Below, piece after piece: positions 1-13,050 of a stretch of 64,000 nt of DNA. The DNA comes from Schmidtea polychroa (taxonomy: Eukaryota), in the NCBI GenBank assembly GCA_044892525.1, contig CM097885.1, positions 238,454,001 to 238,518,000 of the forward strand, written 5' to 3'. Below the pieces are notes generated by a model, which worked only from the letters and a program-made list of their open reading frames with translations, did no database searches and was not told where the DNA came from. Made by a program: the position numbers and the translations under genes. Numbering within the stretch: position 1 is the stretch's first letter; each line of letters opens with the position of its first letter.

Positions 1-942
1 CATCGCTTGCTTTCTTGGATTTGTTAATACAACGCAAAGAGAAACACTATGAGACAGAGATTTATAGAAAACCAACCGATACTGGCCTCTATACTTCTTC
101 CGAAAGTTTTTGTGAATTCAAGTATAAAAGAAATATGGTGAAGGGGTTGATTTATCGTGCATGGACTTTGTCTTCTATTTTTAAAAATTCGGTAAAGAGT
201 GTTGACGTGTTGGTTGAACTGTTGATGAAGAATGGTTATTCAAAATCCTTTTTAGTAATTATGGTGAAAGAGACTGTTGACAAATTTATTAAAAATCCTA
301 AGGATCCATGTTTGAGAAAATTTGGGTGTGGTGTTGTTGAGATGTGTGAGTCTGATGAGTTAAAATTTGGGTGTGATTTTGTTGAGATGTGTGAGTCTGA
401 TGAGTTAAAATTTGGGTGTGATTTTGTTGAGATGTGTGAGTCTGATGAGTTAAATAAATTAAATAGTGTGAGCAAGGATGATGAGCCTAAATTTGTGTTA
501 GTATTGCCGTACTCAGAAGGTTTTAAGGATTATAAAGTGAAGATAAGAAAGCAGTTAGGGAATTTACACTATAGGATAGTGTCAACTTCATGGAAAGTAC
601 GCAATATGTTTATTAATAAGTCAAAGACTCCTGTTGAATTGTGTTCCGATCTCGTTTATCAGTTTACATGTAATGGGTGTAATGCCACATACATTGGAGA
701 GGCTTCCCGTCATCTCTGTATTCGAGCTCGAGAACATTGTAGACCGAAGTCTTTGACCCATATTGGTGAGCTCAATAAGGACTGTAAGATTAAAATAGGC
801 ATGTCTGATTTTAAAATTTTATTAAAAAATTTCGATAATTATTGGGAACGTGTATTTGTGAGGCGTTGTTGATAAAGTCATTGAATCCGAAAATTAATGT
901 GCAGAATGCTGTAAATACTTGTGTGTTGAGTGTTTTTAAATA
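1..942 (+). mobile_element. Penelope-like retroelement, 3' part (RT thumb + GIY-YIG endonuclease), frameshifted near the C-terminus
   Basis: ORF 15-872 has the PLE RT tail YRKPTDTGLY..KGLIYRA and a GIY-YIG block LVYQFTCNGCNATYIGEASRHLCIRAREH. Another frame continues ICEALLIKSLNPKINVQ. Confidence 0.92.
318..452 (+). repeat. In-frame 45-bp tandem repeat x3 (KFGCDFVEMCESDEL)
   Basis: Three near-identical units read directly in DNA and in the translation. Confidence 0.95.
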
Positions 943-1130
943 AGCTTTTGTGTATTGTATGTATTGATTGTTGTGTTAAATTAAATAATTAATAAAAAAA
1001 TTTTTAAATTTTTAAATTATTAAAATAAATTTTAAATGTTAATTTTAAATAATATTTTTTATAAAATAAAAAATTTTTTTATATATAATTAAATTTGTTT
1101 AAAATCCTTTATTTTATTAGTATTATATCC

Positions 1131-1169
1131 CACCTGATGATGACAGGAAAACTGTCGAAATTAATCGTG
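1131..1169 (+). ncRNA. Minimal type I hammerhead ribozyme in the Penelope pseudo-LTR
   Basis: CAC-CTGATGA-T-GACAG-gaaaa-CTGTC-GAAA-TTAA-TC-GTG: intact core, stem II, palindromic stem III loop, short stem I. Position is typical of PLE-associated HHRs. Confidence 0.85.
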
Positions 1170-1225
1170 AAAAAAATGTTTGATTGGCGTTATCTTATAG
1201 TTATAGATTTAATTTAAAACATTCG

Positions 1226-1226
<1 letters not shown>

Positions 1227-1284
<58 letters not shown>

Positions 1285-1642
1285 ATATTATTATAATTAT
1301 TTTATTCATTTATTTTTATTAATATAAATATTATTATCATCAATTATTATTATTATTAATTTTATTATTATTATTATTTATTTTTATTATTATAATCATT
1401 TTTTATTAATAATCATTATTTTATTTATTTATATTATTATCATTTATTTATATTATTATCATTAATTTATATTATTATTATTTATTTATATTATTATTAT
1501 TTATTTATATTATTATTATTTATTTATATTATTATTATTTATTTATATTATTATTATTAAATATTATTATAATTATTTTATTTATTACTATTATTATAAT
1601 TATTATTTATTTTTATTATTATAAATATTATTATTATCATCA

Positions 1643-1716
<74 letters not shown>
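1227..1716. repeat. (TTA)n microsatellite / low-complexity tract
   Basis: Direct reading. Confidence 0.95.
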
Positions 1717-1717
<1 letters not shown>

Positions 1718-4700
1718 TTTGATTCTGCATAGTAAAATTTGTTTAAATTAATAATAAATAACTAAAAAATAATTAAAATTTGCAAGTTTACTTTGTGAGA
1801 ATTTCCATGATTCTGTAGGAATTTGTTCTTGCAATACTGAGGTTTTTTCTCCTTGGAATAAATATTTAAGTTGTCAGCATTATTTATTTCCATTTCATCA
1901 ATATGATTGGTCAGTGAATCAGAAATTGAGAAATATGATAAGTTTTCATTGCCATTCATAAGACTTTTATTGTAGAGAGGAAATCTCGGCTGATCGTCAT
2001 TATCATCTGGGAAATACTTTTTTTACAATCATTAGATCAACATTTATTTACTTTTGCTAGCAATGAAATCAATTTGATTTTTACACTTGCCAGGGACATT
2101 TGAACTAGGAAAATTATTGTTGGTGTTACAGCCGAGATCATTTTCAATTAAAATGCCATTTTGATTTAAAATACTCATTGTTTCCATGTTGAGTGCGCAG
2201 ACCCCTCTCAATAAAGCCTTTTTAACGGCATCTTGAGTGGCAGATCTGGAGGTGTGCATACTAGTATTTTCATCTTGGAGTTTCGTAATTTCCGTTCTTA
2301 ACTGCAAGATTAATATCATGAAAAATGACCAATGCCGGGTGAAACATATAAAGCGAGAAAGTAGAAAAAAAGAGCTGATAAAAGAACTATCCAATCTCCA
2401 AATCTCAAACGATAGCAGCAGATGATATAGAAATAATTATATCTTATTTAATCTTTGAACAACAATCTATATTTTTTTTGCTTGAAATTTCCTTTTTATA
2501 TTTGCACTATTTTATTTTACCTTGACAATATCGAATTGATTTTTCTGCATATAAATTTTATATGTTATCTAATATATACTTTCTGTTTTATGTGTGACAA
2601 TATTTTATAAATATTTTAAAGTCCACAAATATATTTAAAGGAAATTTGATATGAGAAACAGACAAGAATTTCTTAAAGAAGTAATTAAAGAGAAACTAAT
2701 TAAACCTACAGAAGTTTATTTATTTGAATTAATTTTCATTGACTTCTGTGGCCGAATGAAAACTGGTAGGAGTGGAAAGAAGTATATTTGGGCAATTATA
2801 GACAAATTTAGTAAATTTATTTTTATGTGCAGTTTTTGAGCCAGATGAAAAGACAGTTTCAGCAATTATTAACGATAAATGGATTTTGAAATTTGGTGCT
2901 CCAAGGAGTATTCATTTTGATAAAAGCATTTGCATAGAAACATGGTATTATCCTAGTATAAATCCATAGTATAAATCCGTATCATCATTCAGCTAATGGA
3001 CAAATTGAACGTCAATTTAGAACTATTAGAGATGCCATCTAGATTTCTTTTAAAGAAAGAACGGGTAAAGACTGGATCAAAATACATCCTGAAGTTGAAT
3101 TTATGTTGGATACCACAATTCAGGAAACAAATTAGTTGAGTCCCGCACAAATTGTTTTTGGGAAAAAGATTGTCAGAGAACTACAAATATTAATGGAAAA
3201 GCGTAAATCAGAAAGATTAGAGTTACAAAACGAATACAAGGAAATAAGGAAGATGAATTATATTTAAATAAAGTAAGACCAAATCGAATTTTCAATGTCA
3301 GGGATGTTGTTTTGGTTAAAAAACATGTGGCAAATAAAAATGAAGATAGATTTGAGGGTCCAGGTAAAATAATAAAGAAGTTGCATGACAGAAGTTTCAT
3401 GATCAAATTTCAAAATCGAAAATCGAAAATTACAAATGTAGAATGGATCAAACATTTTGAAACGAAGGGGTGGAGTGTAAATAATACTGTAAATAATACC
3501 TGTTTGAAATAATATTATTATATGTTGAATTTGTATGCCTGATTGTTATGTAATGTATGTCTGAATGTCAAAGGTGTAATATTGTATTATTGATGCATGT
3601 GTGAGTCTTGCTCAAGATACTTACAATATAGTGAATTGCCCTGGAGGGATAATCAAACTTTGGTATTAATAAATCTTATGTCTTCAAAGTCTTCTAATAT
3701 TAGCAATTAAATTAAAATGCATTAAGGGAATCATTTTAATATTCATTATTATTAATCATGGATTGTTACTAATACTACTATTATTATTTTTAATAAATAT
3801 ATATAAATTATAATATAATGGATCAGATAAAATAATATTGTTAATCTATAGTATAAATAAAATTGCTAATCTATAATATAATATAAATTTATATTATTAA
3901 TCTATAGTATAAATAATATTTAATTATTAAACTTTAATCAATATAAAATTCTTCATATTATAGTATCCAAACGAAACATCAAAATAAGACATACACAACA
4001 AAACGATCTAAAACCTCGACAAGCAATATATAACAATCACACAACACAAAATACGCACGAGGAATGAATTGTGAAATTGAATAGAGATTGTAGATTGTTA
4101 ATGTGGTAAAAATTTTATTTTAATAAATATTTCTAAAATCAATATCTTAGTTTTTCATATTTTATATTTGTATATAACCAGGACATGTTGAATTATTTAA
4201 AAAAAAATCGATATATTATGAAAATATTTCAAAATCAATTCGGGCATATATTTATTTTTGATGATTATCGATAAATATCTTTTCCCTTGGATTCGAAGAG
4301 AGCGAAAAAACTTTTTTAGGGTTTTTGTGAGGTATTTTCTCCTGAGAATTAAATATTTCAATGATTTATTAAAATATATTTTTAAATGATAAATAATTGG
4401 CTATTTAAAATTACTTTTAAAAATATTTTTAAATTGAATTTTTTATATTGAAATTTTTAAATTAAAAAAATTAGACAAGCTTTTAAATAAAGATATTTTA
4501 AATATCGAAATTTTAATAAATGGTTTTGAAATATTTTATTCAAAGCTGAAAATTTGTTTGGAAATTATACAATATTTCATTAAATAAATACTTGGAATTA
4601 TGGCGTTAATTTTTGAACCGGATTTAAAAAATAATTTAGAAGATGTGTTAGCAGCTTCTAATAGTTTGAATATTATGTTATTATAGAAATAATTCATATA

Positions 4701-6861
4701 TTAAGAAAAGTCATACTGCTTCAGATTGTTATGAATTTTCTTTTTTAAAAATTTTTTTCCTTATACTGTCTTTGTGGTGACACAATGTTCAAAAATATTT
4801 TTTATATATTGATTTTTAGGCAATTTTTAACATAATAATATTTTGAGAAACTGTGCAGAAGCAAGATGTACGGTGCGAGATAATTCATACTAATTCAGCA
4901 GTAAAAAAATCCTTTTATAATTCCTAAACCTTTTCGCACAGAAATTGTATAAGAATTTATACTCAAACGATCCTAAACTGCCGACAGAAATATAATGTAT
5001 TCTTGTAATCCCGAAATATTCTATTATCTAAAAGATTCTACTAAATTATTCAGAGTTATAATATATCAATAATATTACAATTTACAATCTAATATCAATT
5101 TCTAATAATAAATTAATACTAGTTGCAACCAGCGAATATTCACTAAAGTAAAATTATTTGACTATTTATATTATAATTGCAATAATATATATATCGATAA
5201 AAATAATAATGGTATTGATTGATGAAATATGATTTTTTTCCTATTTATATACTAATTGAATTTAACAATTTATCAATTATCAATATCATATTAATTGTTA
5301 AATTATTCGCAGATTAAATATTCGGATATAAATTATAAATTATAAAACCTCTATAAATTAACTATGCCAACTTAAAATCCACATCAAAATACTCTCTAAC
5401 TTAACATCATATAATAGACGTAATAATCTGATACAAACCTATCTATACTTCCTTTTTTTTCTAAATAACGTTATGTCCAGTAAAAATAAAGACCTACTCT
5501 CCATTAATAAAATCCTTTATCTTTTGTTCACCTTTGACCTGATTTTTGCTATCTTTCAACATTTCATTTATTTTCATTACGATTATAAATCAAAAATTTC
5601 TGTTACACAGTAAAATAATCTGTCCCCTTCAATTATTGTATTTACATTATTTAAACCGTGTAGTTTATATTTATATTTGACATTATCAACTGAAATAACT
5701 AAGTTAATTTTAGCTAAATTATTAACACTTGCCTCTATTATTTGTTTCTCATATTCAGTAACCAACTGCTTACAAACCGATTGAGCCTGTCGTTCAATTT
5801 TGGAATTATTTCTGTTTTTCCAGGTCATTTCTAAGGAATTTTTCCATCCATAGAATGTTTTTTTCAAAATAGAATTTTCATGAAATTTCATTGAAATCTT
5901 TTCACAAAAACGCTGAGATGATGTGATGTAAATAGGAGTGTGAAATTGATCAATTGTAGTACTTGCCGATCAACCTGTTCCTTTCGAAGTCGCCAATTGA
6001 ACATATACTTTGCTTCAATAAGTTTATTTTTGTTTTCAGATAATTTGGAGGATAAAATTTTAATATTTTTTTTGTAACCAAGCAATTGCTCATTTACTTT
6101 GATTATTTGATTTTGATAGTCCACATTACAGTTTCTTAATTGCAACATTTCGCTTTCAAATCTAAAATAAAGATGGACTAAATAAAATTCAGGTGGACCT
6201 CAAAGAAAATTTATCTAATTTTCTATTTTCCTTGTACAATTGAAAATTTGTGTAGAGTAAAATGAAAATAAATAAAATATCATAAAAAAACATTCAATGA
6301 ACATCTAGAGATTTTTTTACACATTAGAAAATTTATACAAAATATTTTAAACTATTGCTTTCTAATAATAAACCTATATCATTACAAAATTATATATTAT
6401 ATACGCACTAAGGATAGAGTTGAATAAGTGAGATATTGCGTGCATGAGTATACATGAGATACATGCGTACACACGAAAAGTACATACACATTTTGTGTAA
6501 GGCAGGGTTTCCCAATCTTGGGTATGCGCACCAGTACCGGTACGCGGGCAGGCAGTTACCGGTACGCGAATTACTTTACTATATATAAAAAAATCTATTA
6601 AAAATCTGTTTTGCGTGAAAAACATGACTACAATAACCCACACATTTTAATATTTTACAATTTCTAATTTTCTAAAATGTATAGAGCTTTGCTGGACATT
6701 GAATCGGATCTTCGCCTTAAACTGACAAACATTGAGCCCGATATTTGTTCTTTAGTTAATAATAAACAAGTCCAACCTTCTCACTAACTATTTTTTAAGT
6801 CATAATTTATTTTATTTATATGTTTAAACGAATCCTAACAGTAATAAAGACAAGTAACTTG

Positions 6862-6901
<40 letters not shown>

Positions 6902-9900
6902 ATATCCCAAGTTACTTGTCTTTAGTACTGTAAGTATTCGGCTTAATTTTAGACATTAATAAATTCAAAGTCGTAAATAGTTATATATTATTTAAACAAC
7001 ATATTTTCTTAATTCATTTCTGGGGAATTAATTCAAATACAAATAATATTTCGAACAATTTCAACATACCACCACATTCAAATAATCAAATATAAATACT
7101 ATAAATATGAAATGTTTATATAAATACATCTTACACCCCCCTCCTTTAATAATCTTTTCCAATTTTTATATTCCTTTAGCCATTCTATATTTCTAATTTT
7201 TTTTTCACAGTTGGCATTTTTATCACATAGCTACGATTGTGTCGTTTCTCAATAATTTCACCACGACCATCATACCTATTATCCTCTTTTGAGATAAGAT
7301 CCTCTTTTATCCACACAAAGTCCCCAACATTAAATTCTCGATTTGTTCGTAGTTTATTGTTATATGATTCTTTTCTTTCATTCTTTTCCAATTGTGCTGT
7401 CATTGCTTCTCCTTTTTTTACTCATAATATTCACGTATTCTTTAACGTCTGAATCCTTGTTATCCCTTGCTTGTCATTCTTTGTATATTTTCTTGCCGTA
7501 TACTACTTCCGCAGGACTAAAGCCTATTGAACTCTGAATCGTCGAATTAAGCATAAATTCCACCTCTGGCAGTAAATCTGCCCAATTTTTATACATTTTA
7601 TCTTTTAATGAAATTTGAATTGCATTCCTTATGGTTCTGAATTGTCTTTCAATCATTCCATTACCTGAATGATGATAAGCTCTTGAGTATACCATTTCAA
7701 TTCGGTGATTGTTCATTAAGTCGTTTATTAGTTTTGCTTCAAATGTTTTCCCTCTGTCGCAGTGTATAAACTTTGGAGCTCCGTATTTTAAAATCCAATT
7801 ATTTTTCAAAATAGCTGCTGTTGTATTCTCGTCTTGTCTTGATACTACATTTAATGATATATATCTACTAAATTGATCCATAATTTCCAATATATATCTC
7901 TTTCCATGAATTGTTGTCTTTAAAGGTCCACAAAAATCAATAAAAATCGTCTCAAATAAATTCGAATTATTGTTTTAAAATAGTTTCTTTCGTTCGTATT
8001 GTCAATGTTTTTCTTCTTTGGTATTCTTTACAACTGCATATTACAATCTCAATTTGTTCACTTTTATTTTCAAAATCAAATGTTTGTGAAAAATAATCAT
8101 GTACTTTCTTCACCCCTGCGTGGCATAACGTTTGATGAGTGTGTTCTATGAATTGTCTTATCTTTTCCTTCGGTATCCATATTTTACTTTTGTTTGTTAT
8201 TATCACATTGTTGGTAATTTCAAATTTGATTTCTTCTCCTTTCAGTATTTTTTCTATTATATCAGCAATTCGATGGAGTCCTTTTGCCACATGGAACCGT
8301 CATCTCCTAGCATCAACACTAGGATTCTTGTATTCAACCATCCTTTCTTTGGTTCTTCGTGTATTGTTTGGCACTGTATGCATGTGTCACATTCGTTCCG
8401 TGATAAAACATCAGCATTAACATGTAATTCGCTTTTCCTGTACGGATTCATATGGATCCATATCCAAACCACTAAGATGGTTAATCAACATTTGAAACTG
8501 TGGTGTAATAGGCTTTTTGGTTTTAAGCATAAATGTTATTGCCTTGTGATCCGTTCGAAGTCTAAATCGCTTCCCATATAAATAATGTTTAAAATGTAAC
8601 GTAAAATAATAAATTGCAAGTAATTCTTTTCTAGTGATACAATACCCTAATTCGTGTGTACTCATTGCACGCGATCCATACGCAATCACTCTTTCATTTC
8701 CATTAGAATCTAACTGTGATAACACCGCTCCTATTCTATCAAAGCTTGCATCAGTATCTAATATAAATTCTTTTTAAAATCCGGGAAAGCCAGTATTGGA
8801 GCTCTCATTAATTGTTCTTTCATACCTTGAAACGCTATTTCGCATTCATCTGTCCATATTAATTTTTTTTGGTTACTCCCACATAGTTTCTCCAAGTTCT
8901 TAGAAAACTTGTATAATTTTCAATGAATCTTCGATAATAATTTGTAAGTCCCAAAAAAACTCCTCAATCTCTTTAAACATTGGTCTTTCAAACTGTTTTA
9001 TTGCGTCAATTTTACGATCCTCCGTTCAAATACCATCTTTATTTATGACATGGCCTAAAAACTTAGTTTCACGTTTCAAAAAGTGACATTTCTCTCGGCT
9101 CAATTTTAATCCAGCTGTTTTAATTCTGTCTAGAACATTTTTTACTCTTTTTATGTGTTCCTCTTTAGTATTTGAAAATATTAGGATGTCGTCCAGGTAC
9201 ACTACAGCTTCTTTCCAATTTAGTGATCAAAGCACTTTGTTCATTAATTTCTGGAAAGTAGCAGGAGCCACTGCTATCCTAAATAGCATTCGCCCGAGTT
9301 TACATTTCTTATAATAATTCATTTAAATTAATTTTTTGTTTAATGATGTTATTACGTTCCAGTATTAATTTTATAACAGCTTCAATTCCATGTTTAATTC
9401 ACAATAAGAAAAGCTCTCAAAGTAAATTAAAATTTATAAAATCGAAAACGCACTCCAATTTAAATCGAAAAACTGGCAATATTTTTCCAATTGCAAACTG
9501 GTTCACTAATCAAATAAAATTCAAATTCTCCATGTTTTAATTCTGCTTTGAAAACTTTTGACTAAATTATATTACTTTCAACTGCAAATAGCAAATATAT
9601 AATAAATTATTATTTATATGGTAAATTGCTGACCGGGCAGACAAAAAAACCGACTTAGAGTTCCATAGGGGTGGTTACCTGGGGTTGAAACATAGCCTAT
9701 GACCTGTCCCGAGTCAAATGAGGGTTACATGCAAAATTTCAGCACCCTAGGTTCAACGGCGGGGAATTCTATGGATAACAAACAAACAAACTTTCATCTT
9801 TATATATTAGATAACTTCAATAATATTCTTAGATATATTACTATTTTAAAAATTGTATTAATGAATTTTGTCATCAAGGGTGCCAATGAATACTCCATTT

Positions 9901-12700
9901 GATACGTACTGATCATCATCAACAGAACTTCAAAGGAGAATCAAATTTGACTGCAAGATATATCATTCATCTTAAAAAAACTTGTAATATAGCCATATAG
10001 TTAGAATATTCTCGTTACATCATCTACCGAAGTTCGAGATGAAGATGTTATGAGTAAATGAACAAATTATGTTGATGAAAACAGGCAGGAAATCAGCCAA
10101 TTTATTTAAATGCTTACAATCGTTATCCACTGAAACAATTGAAAAAGAAAGTTGAATATGAATCTCATGCAATGAGTATTAACGAAATCGGGTATTGTAT
10201 AACGAGAAAATAAGTATTAGTAATAATATTATTTCATTCAACATTTCAAACATTATTCGTATGTAAAGAATTTTATTCTTAGAACAGAATATAAAGCAAT
10301 AACATCTATGATAACAACAGAGAAACCAAACGTAGAATAATTTCTTAACAAGTTTAGATATGCACAGAAAAGATTTTATTATTAAGTCTGGTCTTAGTGT
10401 TGTTGTTACTCATGGAGTACTCTTTCAATGTCTACTTGAAATTGATTTTAGATACAAAATGTATTGCACAGTTTCAAGAACATGGTTGTGTTTGTTTCGA
10501 CTTGCGTTTTGGGAATGCATGCCGTGATTTATAATATAGGATTTGGCTTCCTAGACTTTGTTACATAGCCGACATACAGTAAAACCTCTACTTAAGACCA
10601 CCTCCCTAAAGAGACCACCTCTAGTTAAGACCTCTATTTCTTCGGAACCAAATTTACACAGTAGTTTACTGGGACAAATAACCCTCCATAATAGGACCAC
10701 CCCTCTCGTTAAGACCACTTTTCGTAAAAAATATTTTTAGACGTAACAGATTTAACTAAGAAGCTTGATTTCGACTTTGACCTTAGTGAGCTTGACATTT
10801 CTCTTGAACAAAACTGTTTTGAGAGTGACTGGGAAGAAAAACTGATTTCTTCTTACACTAGTTTGGATGATGCATCAAGTGAGGTTTCTGAACCAAACGA
10901 AGAAGAATCTGATTTACCAAAAATTGATTTAAAAACATCTTTATCTTATATTCAGCAGATTAAGAATCTTGGAATGGAACTGGGTGACAATAAATTAGTT
11001 GACATAATGTTTCAAGCTGAACAAAAGTTGACGAATATGATAGTTTTTGATAACCGTGAAGCCAAATCGAAGAGACAAACAACATTAGATGAGTTTTTAT
11101 AATAAAATCTTCAATTTAAGTCTAGTTTTCTTTATAGAAATAAAATCCTCTCTAATAGGACCACCTCTAGTAAAGACCACTTTGGTCCGGAACCAAGGGT
11201 GGTCATATTAGAGAGGTTTCACTGTATTATGTTTTGGATTTCTTTTTGCATATTTATGTTGTAGTTGAGGATTAGCATATTGTTGCGTGCTTTTATCATG
11301 GAAATAAATACGTAATATCAAGGGATAAATGTGAAGGATATTCTCAATGCATAATGGACCATGGAAATGCGAAGGTTTAAAGTTAAAACAAAGTCGTCTG
11401 TAATGGTACCAGAGACTCAAGGCAGAGAATGGCAAGAAAACAGTTATGGGATAGAATTTATGAATACTACATTTCAGAAAACAATAATGACAAGTGCAGC
11501 TAAATTGAAATTTGGATTCAAAATTATTAGAGAATAGAAATAAGAATAAAGAGCTTTTAATAAAGTCAATGTTAGATTCAAAGATGAAAATCGAAATTCT
11601 GGACTGTTTACAAATACAAATAAAAGGCACAACAGAAGTTATGAATTGAGAGATCAAATAGTATGTTAAAAATGTGATTAACTCCGAATTCCCCTTCAAA
11701 AGTCCCATTTTATGAGCAAATAAGTATCCCTCTCACATTTTCCAAATCGTCATAGCAACAGTGAAAATCATTTGAAAATAATCCAGGTGCATACAAATGA
11801 CTAACGGGGCTCTTAATTTTGTTTGGATCTATCAACAAGAAAACTATGCATAGTTTGGGGATAGTAACTTATCCATTGGCTGAATTCCAATAATAAATCA
11901 ACCAATGGTGTAATAAAGGTGAATTATGATTTTTTGGCTACCTTTTGTCAATTACTTTGATACGTACTCTCAATATTGGGCTTAACAAACCAGCTGCTGT
12001 TGTAACTGATGTCAAAACAATGACAAATGTGCTACTAAAACTGTCATTAGGCCTCCGTGATTTAGGATTGCGTATTGTAAAATGGTAGGGATTAACATTT
12101 AATGCAAACAGATTTTACAAACATTATCCCCACCCTACAATGTGCCACTGATATAGAGATATCAAATAAAATAAATATAAACAAATGTTAAATATAATTT
12201 TAAATTAAAATTAATAATTATGATAATTTTACAATATTAAAAATAAAAAAATTATAATTAAAAATAAGCCTTGAGCATAAATTATTTTTTAATATTAAAT
12301 ATTATAACGAAAATATTAGTGTATTTTCAAATATAAATAACCTTTTTATTTCTTTTATGATAATACTTTTAGATACGTTTCTTAAAACTATTTTCATCTC
12401 TTCAAACTCTTCCTAATTAAATAAAATCATGACACAACTAATTTGAAAATTAAAATTAACTAATATATTTTTTCTTAAAATTGATAACCATTTTTCTATA
12501 TTTGTATTTAAGCCTCTTACGGTTTCGTCAGAATTCAAAAGTTCTATAGAATTAAATTCATTCATGATTCTATTTTCTAGAAGATCTAGGTTGATGTCTA
12601 AATTAAAAATAATTTAAATAAATTTAATTTGAAAATAATTACCTTTTTTGCTATCAGTTAAAGAATTCGATTTTATAATTTCTTCTAAAAATGATGACAT
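1713..12700 (-). CDS. POC5: Centriolar protein POC5-like, multi-exon (approx. exons 12643-12700, 12521-12597, 9842-9950, 5962-6161, 5733-5912, 2053-2301, 1792-2007, 1713-1724)
   Basis: VKKALLRGVCALNMETMSIL matches the conserved POC5 motif (KKAFMRGVCALNLEAM, recalled). W-containing Sfi1-like repeats (KTFYGWKNSLEMTWK) and coiled coil present. Splice sites join the ORF pieces in frame. Confidence 0.8.
2640..3770 (+). mobile_element. Decayed Ty3/Gypsy integrase fragment + PPT + 3' LTR (LTR starts 3476)
   Basis: IFIDFCG..IIDKFSKF, PYHHSANGQIERQFRTIRD and RFEGPGKII motifs with stops. Purine tract gaaggggtggag precedes TGTAA. LTR end approximate. Confidence 0.85.
5117..5145 (-). mobile_element. Possible Helitron 3' terminus (hairpin + CTAG)
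   Basis: Minus strand agtgaatattcgct-ggttgcaa-CTAG-t. No clear 5' end found. Confidence 0.35.
6503..6790 (+). mobile_element. hAT (Charlie-type) deletion relic
   Basis: CAGGGTTTCCCAA 5' TIR followed by the transposase C-terminus DIESDLRLKLTNIEPDI..KQVQPSH*. Confidence 0.7.
6905..9290 (-). mobile_element. Decayed Ty3/Gypsy element: partial RT, RNase H, integrase, PPT, 3' LTR (LTR from 7135 leftwards)
   Basis: VYLDDIL (RT), DTDAS and YCITRKELLAI..RTDHKA (RNase H), IHCDRG and YHHSGNGMIERQFRT (IN). PPT aaaggagggggg then TGTAA. Many stops and frameshifts. Confidence 0.92.
9625..9813 (-). mobile_element. Non-autonomous Helitron/DINE-like relic
   Basis: Minus strand begins a|TCTAATATATAAAG followed by a (GTTT)n microsatellite, typical of Helitron-derived short elements. 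Confidence 0.5.
10120..10330 (+). mobile_element. Gypsy RNase H fragment
   Basis: SHAMSINEIGYCITRK..HFKHY..LRTEYKAIT, homologous to ORF 8417-8725. Confidence 0.7.
10577..11224 (+). mobile_element. pogo/Tigger-like internally deleted DNA transposon
   Basis: TIRs CAGTAAAACCTCT..AAGACCACC / GGTGGTCAT..AGAGGTTTCACTG, TA TSD, C-terminal KRQTTLDEFL tail. Confidence 0.85.
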
Positions 12701-13050
12701 GGAAAACGTTTATTTTAGGCACAAATTATATTATTTTAATTTTTAAAATTACAAATTACAAATTCTTCAAGTTATCAATTTTATTTATAATATTATAATA
12801 TTATAAAAATTTTGTCAATACTTAAAATATCGCCTTCGATGTATCTACTGAAAATAAAAAGTCTCTAGTTTAAACAAAACACTTTCAAGGTTTATGAATC
12901 ATAATAATATATTGGTTAATGTAACTTTATAACTTTCGTGTGATTTATTATCATCTTATTAAGTTTTTAAAAAATAATTAAGAAATTTTTCTGAATTTTA
13001 ATAGTAGAAAGTTGATTAATGAGAATTATGAGGTAAGGTTAAATATTTTA

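Noticed and set aside
351..452. CTGATGAG words in the 45-bp repeat as hammerhead cores or CRISPR-like repeats
   Set aside because: No stem II/GAAA partner and no unique spacers; it is an in-frame coding tandem repeat.
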